A stretch of 63,295 nucleotides of DNA, counting the filler, from Nemertoderma westbladi (lineage: Eukaryota > Animalia > Xenacoelomorpha): NCBI GenBank assembly GCA_032718475.1. It is 4 parts of 4 records of this genome, joined end to end, with 100 filler letters (N's around TTAATTAATTAA, not from the genome) between each part and the next. Parts side by side here need not be neighbours in the genome. Positions count along the whole stretch, not along the records: positions 24,718 to 48,538 come from JAUCBJ010000554.1; positions 48,639 to 56,115 come from JAUCBJ010007898.1; 2 more parts are not named here. One strand, 5' to 3'. The notes under the pieces are model-generated. The model was given only the letters and a program-made list of their open reading frames with translations, had not been told where the DNA came from and made no database searches. Each line of letters starts with the position of its first letter. Position 1 is the stretch's first letter. Shown here one piece after another: positions 36,458 through 48,850 of this stretch. Both the position numbers and the translations under genes were made by a program.

Positions 36458-39400
36458 CTCCGAAGGATTAACCAGCCCTTCTGTAATCGACGCCCTCGCC
36501 TGATTGGTTGTTGCATCGGGAAGTTCTCCATGTACCTTATCTTGTGGAAGTTCGGTGTCGCATGGCAGAGAGTCACTAGGCAACGTATCGTCCGGCAACG
36601 CGTCGCTAGGCAACGAGTCTATAGGCAAAATGTCATTAGGTAACGAGCCAATGGGTAAAGAGTCGCTAGACAACCCATTAGAAGGCAACGACCCGCTACG
36701 CAACCCGTTGCTAGACAGCGGTTCGCTAGGCGACGCGTCCTCTATCGACCCGCGACCGGGGTACCCAGTGGGCGGCGCGGACCCAGGCGGGGTCTCCGAC
36801 ATGGACTCCAGCTGGTCGGCGGCCTTGCGAGTCCCGAGGTCGCGCGGCCGGCGGGGTTCCGGGGGCCGCGTCGACGCCGCCACAGTGTTGCGCCGTTGGG
36901 ACGCCGGGAGCGACGGCGGGTGCGAGGCGATCTGGTCGGCGCGCGCCTTCAACCCCGCCTCCAGATGGGCGCGCCACTGTTTGGCCTCGGGAGACGAGGC
37001 GGCCCGCAAATCGTACATAACCGCACCGCATTTAAGAGTTTTGATGAGGAAGAAGGAATTCCTCTCGATGCTGTTGGTGCGAACAATAAGATCTCGGTTC
37101 AACTCCAGTATCGGGCTGTGAGTGTGCGTCCCTTCGTTCACGTCGTCCAGAGGCGAGTTAATTAAGTTCGAGGAAACCCCGCCCTGGAACTTCAACAATA
37201 ATTTATCTTCCCGTTTAATAAGTAGCACCAGCATATCGGTGAATAGGAGACCCAAAGGCTCGACGACTTTCTTACCGGCCCCGCTACCGAGTTTCCATGT
37301 TAACGTCCCTTTATGGATGAGTTCCTTGGTGGAGAGATCGAGGTTCTTGTAATCCTTGTAGAAGGGGTTGCCCACGATTTTATCGTAAGCTGACGTGTCC
37401 AGTCTGCGTTGGCAGTCCTGGAGCATGGCATTGTTCTCGAATATTTTTTTACTTTCGTTCGCGTGTTTTACGATTCCTTTACAGTACTCGATGACATCCT
37501 GTAGGTTTTTGTGTTCGGCGGAGTTCTCCGGTGTGTGTTTGAGCAAGGTCTCCAGTAGCAACGGCATTCGGGCTATCCTTTGCATCTCAACGATTATAAT
37601 ATCCGCGAATTTCAACCGTTTACACACATCCCTGCAACTCTCAACTTCCGTCATGAACCTATCGAGTTTCTGCTCCTTAGAGCGTTTTACTTTGAGTTGC
37701 TCGAGCGCCATACTCTGTCCTTGTACGAACTCCGCTGCCGATGTTTTATACGTCTCGCCGTCCTCCCCAGAGAACGCTTTCAGTAACGCCTCCCCGATGT
37801 TTCCCACTACGAAGTTTGGCGGCCGCTCGTTACGTAATAAATCCAGAACGCGTCTATGATGCGCGTAAAGATTATAAAGTTTGGGGAACAAACTGTTTAA
37901 AAACTCAACTGAAGTTATCTGGAATGAAAAATGCAAAATTGAACTTATTAAAAAAGATACAAATAATGAAGCAATGACAGGTAATTAAAAAAGTTATAAT
38001 ACTGGCCCGTATTAAATAAATCACCCTGTTCAAGTACCTCTAATAATTTATTAATGTAATTTAAAAATAATTTTAAATGTTACGAATAATACGGTTTATA
38101 TATTAATATTGTACATAAGAACGATTGTAATATTTTATTCTTAAATTGTTACTTATTCGCTCGAATAACATAATTCGAACTACATAATCGGGAGAAAAAG
38201 GTGTACTTATTTACCTAGGGAAAAAATGTAACGAATAGGATTGCATTGATTTTACAAACAAAAGAAAGTAAAAAAAATATTAGGTAGGTGGAATTTCTTA
38301 AATTTTATTACATGCTGAAGAGCATCGTAATAGAAAACGTTTGCAAGTAATTTATGCAAAATCCATTCAAACAAGAAACTGAACAAACTTTCTTTCACAA
38401 ACCGAAAGAAAGCTGAGACTAATGAATTCAAAGGAAAAAAAGTTACATAAATACCTTATCCTTCTTCATTGGAAGATAGAAATTCTCACACAGAATGTAA
38501 ATCCATCGCAGATGACCGCATTCCGTGTTGATGACTTCGTTGATAACCTCCTGCCGCTTCACTTCCCTCTTAGAGAGGAGTTTCCGCGCGGCCGAAGGAA
38601 CACGATTGTGCCAGTTCTCGTTGCCGAGATCCGGGTCCACCTCCAGGTGATCCATTGGACGATCCACCGGGGCGATCACGTCCGCGGATCCCGTGGATAT
38701 AACGCTGGACGTGGAGGTGGACAGACTGCCCTGGAGCGGCGAGTCGTCGGTGGGAGTCTCCGCGGTCGACAGGTCCACGTTCGATTTGGAACGATCGTCC
38801 GACTGCCGGCTTTTACGGACCGCTCGACGCTCGAGTTTAAGGCTCTCGCTTCGCTCGACTTTTCCCGAGTTTCGAGGCTAAAAAGTAAAATAAACTGGTA
38901 AAGTTAAAGGGAATAAGTTTAATCTGAATAATATTAGTAAACAAATAATAATAAAATATTTAGGTTAAACTCTTGTAAATAATGGAATTATTATTGAAAG
39001 TAAACCGAACTATTACGCGACTATTAACTGTAACCCTTGGCGAGAGAACCAGACCAAGGCAACCACACGTAATACTATATATAACATGTATAAATAATTG
39101 TACAGATACTAATTAGTTTAATGTTTTGGTTATATTCAGACCTTCTGTAACATGGGATTTTAGTGAACACCTATGGTATGCTTCACATGGGACGTTAATA
39201 TACAGTCCTTTCCGATCCCTACGACTAATTGGCACCTCATGTAACTTCAGTATCAGCCACAGTATCCAGACACGACGGTGTCTTCATCCAGATTCGATCG
39301 TAACTAATTGAGGACTAATTAAGGGCGAGGGCGGGGAGGCGGGATTAATGTGGAAGGCTATTCTAATCAAAACAATAAACGTAAGTCAATAACACAAATT

Positions 39401-42400
39401 TCACTTTATTAGTAGTAAATATTTCCACTGTAAATAAATAAAGCTCAATATTTCTATAAGCTGTAAGTAAATAAGTATAGGTATAAAGTAAGGAACTCAT
39501 CGAACCTTCTCGAGATCGGGAGTCTCCGCGGTCGGCGACTCGAGGGTCTCCGGGCTCCGGGTCCGCTCGTCTATGCTTCCCATCGCCTCGAACTTATTGA
39601 CGGTGCGTTTAACCGGCGGCGCCGGCGTGTAGCCTGAGGCCTGCGTCGCGCTGTTTAGGACCCCCGAGAACTCGTTATCGTCGTCTGCTTCGCCGTCCTC
39701 TGCCGTCACTGCCGTCGCGGTACTATCCGTATCCAAGGACATAGACAACCGCTTACTTAGATCCCCTTCGTCGTTCTCCGAATCCACGATCAACGTCCGA
39801 CGTTTATCTGCCGCGTCCGACAACTTCCGACTGATTCCCACGCCATGGCTGAATCGATCTTTCAACTTCTTGGATTTCTTACCGGGACAGGTTTTATCCA
39901 AGCGGTTCAGACAATCTCCCTTATGGACCGTGTACTCGCATACTTGGCATTGGTAGTTCTGTGGAATATAAATTTATTATAAGTAAAGTTTTCAATAATT
40001 ATTCGCACAAAACATAAATCCAATAATTCCCAATCGAGCAATTTCAATCGACCTACGAAAAACTATTATATATTATGAATATTAGAATATTGGCGTATAG
40101 GAATAACTTCCACACGAATTTTTGGTCACATATGAAAAATAAAATTCACTAAAATATATTTATTATCACTAAAATGTATTTTCCATCGAAATTAAAACTT
40201 GTAACCTATTATATTGAATTTCGTTTGTTGTTTTGGTTAGAATAACGTGCAACTGTAACCTGTTCCAGTGTTCCTTTCCTTTCCTTTCCTTTCCTCTCCT
40301 TTCCTTTTTAATTATAATTAATAGATTTTAGTGAGAATTTAGATGTATAGGAAACTGAATATTTTAGTGATTAGTAAAAATTTAGTGAAAAATATTATTT
40401 TTATGTAGGTCGATAAATGACTGCACTCGGATAAAGTTAATCGTATTCTTTGTTCTGCGACTTGGACTTACCTGAGAACCAATTCCCCATAGTAACTGGG
40501 AACAATGAGCGCAGTAGGCCAAGGTGCGGAATTGTGTTGGAGCGAAATTGTGGCCCTTTATGTGAATAACCTTCTTAGCAACCGAAGGCGTTGTTGATAG
40601 AAACCGAGTGCCCCGACGACTGCGGTGCTCTTTAAAGAGGAAAGATTCGAAAGGAACCGTAGCTAAAAAAATAATGTACCACATGGTACAATGTGGGGCA
40701 ACACAAGTGGAAAAAACAACGAAAATTACTGGTTCTAATAATACGGCGAGATCTGTTTGTTCACAATTTTCAATTCGTTTTCCATTACTCGATTTCATAA
40801 ATTAAGTAAAAATTTATAGAAGGTGTGGGGGGGGGGGGGGGGGGGGTGTCACCTTAATTTCACTAATAAACCGTAAAATACGTCGCGTCTGCCTAGAACC
40901 TGTTATGTTAACACGATTAACATGTTAACAAGATAGAGGGATACAAACGGAATTCTCCCAAAATATAAAAACAGTAATCTTTAGTTTTACCTCTAGGGGG
41001 CGCATAATAGTAGTACAAAGAGATACATTTTCTGGAATAATATTTAATAACTTCACTACCTACTGCTACGGTTTTCATTTCACTATGAAGTTTTCCCCGA
41101 GTAGATCTATTCCGATACTTCCACGGGAGTAAAGCTAAGAAAAAATGAAATCTGAAAACAAAAAATGATGAAAATCACAATCAAATCACACGGGTAGCGA
41201 ACTTTCATGTAAGTGATGTCGGTGTGCGACGAACGGACAAATACACATAACTGCTTAAGCAAAAATACGGCAAGGCATTCCAGAAAATACAAATTTAACA
41301 GAGATTCCACCTGCTTGACATCTGTATTATTATATACTTTACTAACATGATGCCTTGGTACCATTCATACGTAGATAGCTAGCGATACACTGACATATAG
41401 CCAGACTCTTATTGTGACCGAGATGGTCGGGGGACTGCGTTAACGCTGTAATACGATTCAATAGGATCTTATCGAGGGCGTCTAACTCCTCTTGGGTGTC
41501 GGCGTCCGGTTTAATTTGTCCGTCACCGTACAACGCACATAGACCTGGAAAGTAACAAATAATGTCTAACACGACCGGAAAATACAACATTGCAAAATAT
41601 AGTTGTCACATATATACCTACAAGATTATCGGATATATTCGGTTGTATGGGAACCTACCAGTTTGTGTCGGATATCTTTGGTTGTATGGGAACCTGAACC
41701 TACCAAATTGTCGGATATTTTCGGTTGTATCCGAACCTAACAGATTGTCGGATATTTTTGGTTGTATCCGAACCTGTCGGATATTTTCGGTTGTATCCGA
41801 ACCTACCAGATTGTCGGATATTTTCGGATGTATCCGAACCTACCAGATTGTCGGATATTTTTGGTTGTATCCGAACCTGTCGGATATTTTCGGTTGTATC
41901 CGAACCTACCAGATTGTCGGATATTTTCGGTTGTATCCGAACCTACCAGATTGTCGGATATTTTCGGTTGTATCCGAACCCACAAGTTTGTTGGATATTT
42001 TCGGTTGTATCCGAACCTACCAAATTGTCGGATATTTTCGGTTGTATCCGAACCTACCAGATCGTCGGATATTTCCGGTTGTATCCGAACCTACCAGATT
42101 GTCGGATATTTTTGGTTGTATCCGAACCTAACAGATTGTCGGATATTTTTGGTTGTATCCGAACCTGTCGGATATTTTCGGTTGTATCCGAACCTACCAG
42201 ATTGTCGGATATTTTCGGTTGTATCCGAACCTACCAGATTGTCGGATATTTTTGGTTGAATCCGAACCTGTCGGATATTTTTGGTTGTATCCGAACCTGT
42301 CAGATATTTTCGGTTGTATCCGAACCTACCAGATTGTCGGATATTTTCGGTTGTATCCGAACCTACCAGATTGTCGGATATTTTTGGTTGTATCCGAACC

Positions 42401-45400
42401 TGTCGGATATTTTCGGTTGTATCCGAACCTACCAGATTGTCGGATATTTTCGGTTGTATCCGAAACTACCAGATTGTCGAATATTTTTGGTTGTAACCGA
42501 ACCTGTCGGATATTTTCGGTTGTATCCGAACCTACCAGATTGTCGGATATTTTTGGTTGTATCCGAACCTACCAGATTGTCGGATATTTTTGGTTGTATC
42601 CGAACCTACCAGATTGTCGGATATTTTTGGTTGTATCCGAACCTGTCGGATATTTTCGGTTGTATCCGAACCTACCAGATTGTCGGATATTTTTGGTTGT
42701 ATCCGAACCTACCAGATTGTCGGATATTTTTGGTTGTATCCGAACCTGTCGGATATTTTCGGTTGTATCCGAACCTACCAGATTGTCGGATATTTTTGGT
42801 TGTATCCGAACCTACCAGATTGTCGGATATTTTTGGTTGTATCCGAACCTGTCAGATATTTTCGGTTGTATCCGAACCTACCAGATTGTCGGATATTTTC
42901 GGTTGTATCCGAACCTACCAGATTGTCGGATGCTTTCGGTTGTATCCGAACCTACCAGATTGTCGGATATTTTTGGTTGTATCCAAACCTGTCGGATATT
43001 TTCGGTTGTATCCGAACCTACCAGATTGTCGGATATTTTTGGTTGCATCCGAACCTGTTGGATATTTTCGGTTGTATCCGAACCTACCAGATTGTCGGAT
43101 ATTTTTGGTTGTATCCGAACCTGTCGGATATTTTCGGTTGTATCCGAACCTACCAGATTGTCGGATATTTTCGGTTGTATCCGAACCTACCAGATTGTCG
43201 GATGCTTTCGGTTGTATCCGAACCTACCAGATTGTCGGATATTTTTGGTTGTATCCAAACCTGTCGGATATTTTCGGTTGTATCCGAACCTACCAGATTG
43301 TCGGATATTTTTGGTTGCATCCGAACCTGTTGGATATTTTCGGTTGTATCCGAACCTACCAGATTGTCGGATATTTTTGGTTGCATCCGAACCGGTTGGA
43401 TATTTTCGGTTGTATCCGAACCTACTAGATTGTCGGATATTTTCGGTTGTATCCGAACCTACCAGATTGTCGGATATTTTTGGTTGCATCCGAACCGGTT
43501 GGATATTTTCGGTTGTATCCGAACCTACCAGATTGTCGGATATTTTCGGTTGTATCCGAACCTACCAGATTGTCGGATGCTTTCGGTTGTATCCGAACCT
43601 ACCAGATTGTCGGATATTTTTGGTTGTATCCAAACCTGTCGGATATTTTCGGTTGTATCCGAACCTACCAGATTGTCGGATATTTTTGGTTGTATCCGAA
43701 CCTGTCGGATATTTTCGGTTGTATCCGAACCTACTAGATTGTCGGATATTTTCGGTTGTATCCGAACCTACCAGATTGTCGGATATTTTTGGTTGTATCC
43801 GAACCGGTTGGATATTTTCGGTTGTATCCGAACCTACTAGATTGTCGGATATTTTCGGTTGTATCCGAACCTACCAGATTGTCGGATATTTTTGGTTGTA
43901 TCCAAACCTGTCGGATATTTTCGGTTGTATCCGAACCTACTAGATTGTCGGATATTTTCGGTTGTATCCGAACCTACCAGATTGTCGGATATTTTTGGTT
44001 GTATCCGAACCGGTTGGATATTTTCGGTTGTATCCGAACCTACTAGATTGTCGGATATTTTCGGTTGTATCCGAACCTACCAGATTGTCGGATGCTTTCG
44101 GTTGTATCCGAACCTACCAGATTGACGGATATTTTCGGTTGCATCCGAACCTGTTGGATATTTTCGGTTGTATCCGAACCTACCAGATTATCGGATATTT
44201 TCGGTTGTATCCGAACCTACCAGATTGTCGGATATTTTCGGTTGCATCCGAACCTGTTGGATATTTTCGGTTGTATCCGAACCTACCAGATTATCGGATA
44301 TTTTCGGTTGTATCCGAACCTACCAGATTGTCGGATATTTTCGGTTGTATCCGAACCTACCAGATTGTCGGATATTTTCGGTTGCATCCGAACCTGTTGG
44401 ATATTTTCGGTTGTATCCGAACCTACCAGATTGTCGGATATTTTCGGTTGTATCCGAACCTACCAGATTGTCGGATATTTTCGGTTGTATCCGAACCTAC
44501 CAGATTGTCGGATATTTTCGGTTGTATCCGAACCTACCAGATTGTCGGATATTTTCGGTTGCATCCGAACCTGTTGGATATTTTCGGTTGTATCCGAACC
44601 TACCAGATTGTCGGATATTTTTGGTTGTATCCAAACCTGTCGGATATTTTCGGTTGTATCCGAACCTACCAGATTGTCGGATATTTTCGGTTGCATCCGA
44701 ACCTGTTGGATATTTTCGGTTGTATCCGAACCTACCAGATTGTCGGATATTTTTGGTTGTATCCGAACCTGTCGGATATTTTTGGTTGTATCCGAACCTA
44801 CCAGATTATCGGATATTTTCGGTTGTATCCGAACCTACCAGATTGTCGGATATTTTTGGTTGCATCCGAACCTACCAGATTGTCGGATATTTTTGGTTGT
44901 ATCCGAACCTGTCGGATATTTTTGGTTGTATCCGAACCTACCAGATTATCGAATATTTTCGGTTGTATCCGAACCTACCAGATTGTCGGATATTTTTGGT
45001 TGTATCCGAACCTACCAGATTGTCGGATATTTTTGGTTGCATCCGAACCTACCAGATTATCGGATATTTTCGGTTGTATCCAAACCTACAAGTTTGTTGG
45101 ATATTTTCAGTTGTATCCGAACCTACCAAATTGTCGGATATTTTCGGTTGTATCCGAACCTACCAGATTGTCGGATATTTCCGGTTGTATCCGAACCTAC
45201 CAGATTGTCGGATATTTTCGGTTGTATCCGAACCTACCAGATTGTCGGATATTTTTAGTTGTTTCCGAACCTACCAGTTTGTGTCGGATATCTTTGGTTG
45301 TATCCGAACCTACCAGATAGTCGGATATTTTCGGTTGTATCCAAACCTACCAGATTGTCGGATATTTGCGGTTGTATCCGAACCTACCAGATTGTCGGAT

Positions 45401-46752
45401 ATTTTCGGTTGTATTTTTTTTTTTTTTTTTTATTTTAACGTATATTAATCCAAATAAATGGAGCAATTGGGCAACAAGCTGTAAAGCTTATAAAAGCCCA
45501 CTTGCCGATTAATTACATATTTAAGTTTATTGCACCACGGACACAGATAAATGCTAAATGAAACAAAAGCACACTTTGTTATCCACTGTACGTGATACAC
45601 ATCACACACACCACATGATACACATCACATTGTTGTATATCACATGTCGGATATTTTTGGTTGCATCCACACCTGTCGGATATTTTCGGTTGTATATCAC
45701 AACATGTCGGATATTTTTTGTTGCATCCAAACCTGTCGGATATTTTCGGTTGTATCCGAACCAAAAAGTTTGTCGGATATTTTTAGTTGTTTCCGAACCT
45801 ACCAGTTTGTGTCGGATATCTTTGGTTGTATCCGAACCTACCAGATAGTCGGATATTTTCGGTTGTATCCGAACCTACCAGATTGTCGGATATTTTTAGT
45901 TGTTTCCGAACCTACCAGTTTGTGTCGGATATCTTTGGTTGTATCCGAACCTACCAGATTGTCGGATATTTTCGGTTGTATCCAAACCTACCAGATTGTC
46001 GGATATTTGCGGTTGTATCCGAACCTACCAGATTGTCGGATATTTTCGGTTGTATATCACATGTCGGATATTTTTGGTTGCATCCACACCTGTCGGATAT
46101 TTCCGGTTGTATATCACAACATGTCGGATATTTTTTGTTGCATCCAAACCTGTCGGATATTTTTGGTTGTATCCGAACCAAAAAGTTTGTCGGATATGTT
46201 TAGTTGTTTCCGAACCTACCAGTTTGTGTCGGATATCTTTGGTTGTATCCGAACCTACCAGATTGTCGGATATTTTCGGTTGTATCCGAACCTACCAGAT
46301 TGTCGGATATTTTCGGTTGTATATCACAACATGACGGATATTTTCGGTTGTATATCACAACATGTCGGATATGTTTAGTTGTATCCGAACCTTCAAGATT
46401 GTCGGATATTTTCGGTTGTATATCACAACATGACGGATATTTTCGGTTGTATATCACAACATGTCGGATATGTTTAGTTGTATCCGAGCCTACCAGATTG
46501 TCGGATATTTTCGGTTGTATATCACAACATGACGGATATTTTCGGTTGTATATCACAACATGTCGGATATGTTTACTTGTATCCGAACCTACCAGTTTGT
46601 CGGAAACTCCTGTAATCGTTTAACATCTCGACGCATTCGTTAAACGCAACCTCCTTAACTTTACTAAAGACTTTTCTCATGGAATCCTCATTATTAGACC
46701 TATGTTTACGGGTGTCGCATATCTCTTGGTAAACCGAGTCGCTAATGTGCAT
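36458..46752 (-). CDS. RGS-RhoGEF (ARHGEF11/12, RhoGEF2-like), partial; exons 46752-46593, 41544-41347, 40662-40472, 39958-39506, 38877-38455, 37918-36458
   Basis: Phase-compatible exons encode an RGS-like end (LNDYRSFRQT|GLCALYG), a C1 domain (GHNF...CAHCSQLLWGIGSQ|NYQCQVC...HKGDC), a DH domain (EVKRQEVINEVINTE, MQRIARMPLLL) and a PH domain (LIHKGTLTWK, LLFTDMLVLL). N-terminal exons and last exon(s) unresolved. Confidence 0.9.
41620..46603 (-). repeat. About 5-kb 37/29-bp tandem array derived from the RhoGEF exon end + donor
   Basis: Minus-strand unit TCCGACAATCTG|GTAGGTTCGGATACAACCGAAAATA versus real junction TCCGACAAACTG|GTAGGTTCGGATACAA at 46593/46592; fills almost all of intron 41545-46592. 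Confidence 0.95.
45415..45631 (-). mobile_element. Short poly(A)-tailed retroposed insertion interrupting the array
   Basis: T-run at about 45414-45431 followed by about 200 nt of unique sequence; gttgtat on both sides (possible TSD). Confidence 0.55.
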
Positions 46753-48638
46753 CTAAAACAGAAATATAAGATATGGAGATATAGCAATAACATTAGGTAA
46801 CTCATGTTGTTTCAGGTAAACAACTCATATGCCCATAAGACCCATTGAACACCATTGTACAATTATTATTGTACAACTTACAACTAAATTATATTCTCCG
46901 TAAATTCACAGTAATATCGACAGTAAACTGTAATATTTATTATAATGTAACCAATAATATGAATTGATTATTAGGGTATCAAAACTGGAAAGGTTTACAA
47001 CTTAATAAATAAATAAAAACCTCAACACAGTCCCAATCAAAAGTGAATGTTTAAGTAATACAATCGTCAGTTGTATTGAGCTGTATAATACAGGGGGTTG
47101 AGTAACGTTTAACTCTTGGAATTAATAAATATAAATTTATACATTTATACATTTACTCAAAAATTGGTGTTAAATACAAATTAAATAATTGTAAATTACA
47201 AATAAAACAAGCCATTATTACTATTGACCTTGAAAACAGCCCCACTGAGCTGAATGACTCCGCCCAGATTATTTACAACACAATATTGGGATATATCCGT
47301 GATATACTCGGGGTTAAATATGGACAAAAGTTACAGCGAAAGCTAAAATCCGACCCTGTTAAGGTTCCCGGCTGTATGGAAAGGAACAGGTTACAGCATG
47401 GTGACTTAAAAAACAATTAAGGAAACTTAAAAACAGAGATCCTTACAGTTTTAGTACTCATTTTTAAAGTATCATAAACTATTTTCATTAACGTGACATA
47501 GCCAAGTGTTATTGGTTAGTTACTTTGGAACAAATAATGATACTAATAAGCCCTACCGCTTGGCGGAGTGAGTAGGAATTAGGATGTGTGCAGCAAGTCA
47601 GTTGCAGGAAAACTATGTTGTTTAATTACTTGTAGAAGATATGAAGAATAAATGATCTAATACACAATGATAGACAACTTATACGTCTAGACCTAAATAG
47701 TGTTTGCCGATTAGCACCGTGTAGTAACCGGAGTTGCTAAATACGAAGCCCAAGTTGCGTAAACTAATTCGCCGAGTCTGTTCCATTATAAAATGAATAA
47801 TAATAACAAGAAATAAGAATAAGCCAGATGATTTAATGACGGTGTAATGCGGAAAAAACTTATCATGTATCCATAGTGAAATAATGTCTGTTTTTTTTCT
47901 AAATAATTAATATTCTTTGTTATATTTGTAAGAAAAGTAGGAATATTAGACAGTAGACACTAATGAACAGTTGGCCTACGCACGTAACTATGAAATGCTC
48001 CACAACGCCGCAAGAGAGCTGCAATAATTGATCTTCATACTCAAGGAACCACTTATGTTGATGTTTACGAGACACCAAGGAACTCTGGCATCGCACACCC
48101 CTCAACACGGCTCGCCCCGCAACCACCCAACCCAATACGTTCACCCACCGTAAATCAATCAGCATTGTATTGAGATAACTTTATTAGCTGGTCCAAAGTC
48201 CACCAACAGCACGGTCACTAACACCACCCTAAACACAACGCAAAGCCATGCCGCTAAACTTCGTATTTGCCAAGACAAATTAGATCAAAATTCAAGATAT
48301 ATCATTTGCCAGCTCTTACAATGGGCAGAAAGATCACTCTATAATTTTATTGGGAATAATAGTAGCCTAAGCAGTGGATGCGGTGGGGTGGGGGGGGGGG
48401 GGGGGGGGGGGTAATGGTGACATATCTGTCACTCGCAAACACAATCGGAACCAATTAAAACTTTATACATCACTTTACTTAATTTCTTAAACTTGAAAGC
48501 ATCTAGTTTTCCGTCGTTTTAATCAAAACCAACGCCCANNNNNNNNNNNNNNNNNNNNNNNNNNNNNNNNNNNNNNNNNNNNTTAATTAATTAANNNNNN
48601 NNNNNNNNNNNNNNNNNNNNNNNNNNNNNNNNNNNNNN

Positions 48639-48850
48639 AAATACCACCATTGCCACTATCATCTGCTGATGCGAGGGCGAGTCGCCAACCGCCCCCATGT
48701 CCTGAAATCAGAACCTCATCAGTCTGTCCAGTCTGCATTCGGTGCTCTTGAACACCCACTGCGCTAAGAGAAAGCTTATCTGCAAAGGCAGTCAGCTCAC
48801 GTTGTCGCATTGGGGACCCGAATGTTAGGGTGTTTACTCAGGCTAGTCTA
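48639..48850 (-). mobile_element. LINE APE-endonuclease N-terminal fragment (RTE-like)
   Basis: ELTAFADKLSLSAVGVQEHR...ASADDSGNGGI, cut by the gap. Confidence 0.75.

Noticed and set aside
41562-46623. Many 100-600 aa ORFs on both strands
   Set aside because: Translations of a stop-poor tandem array inside the RhoGEF intron
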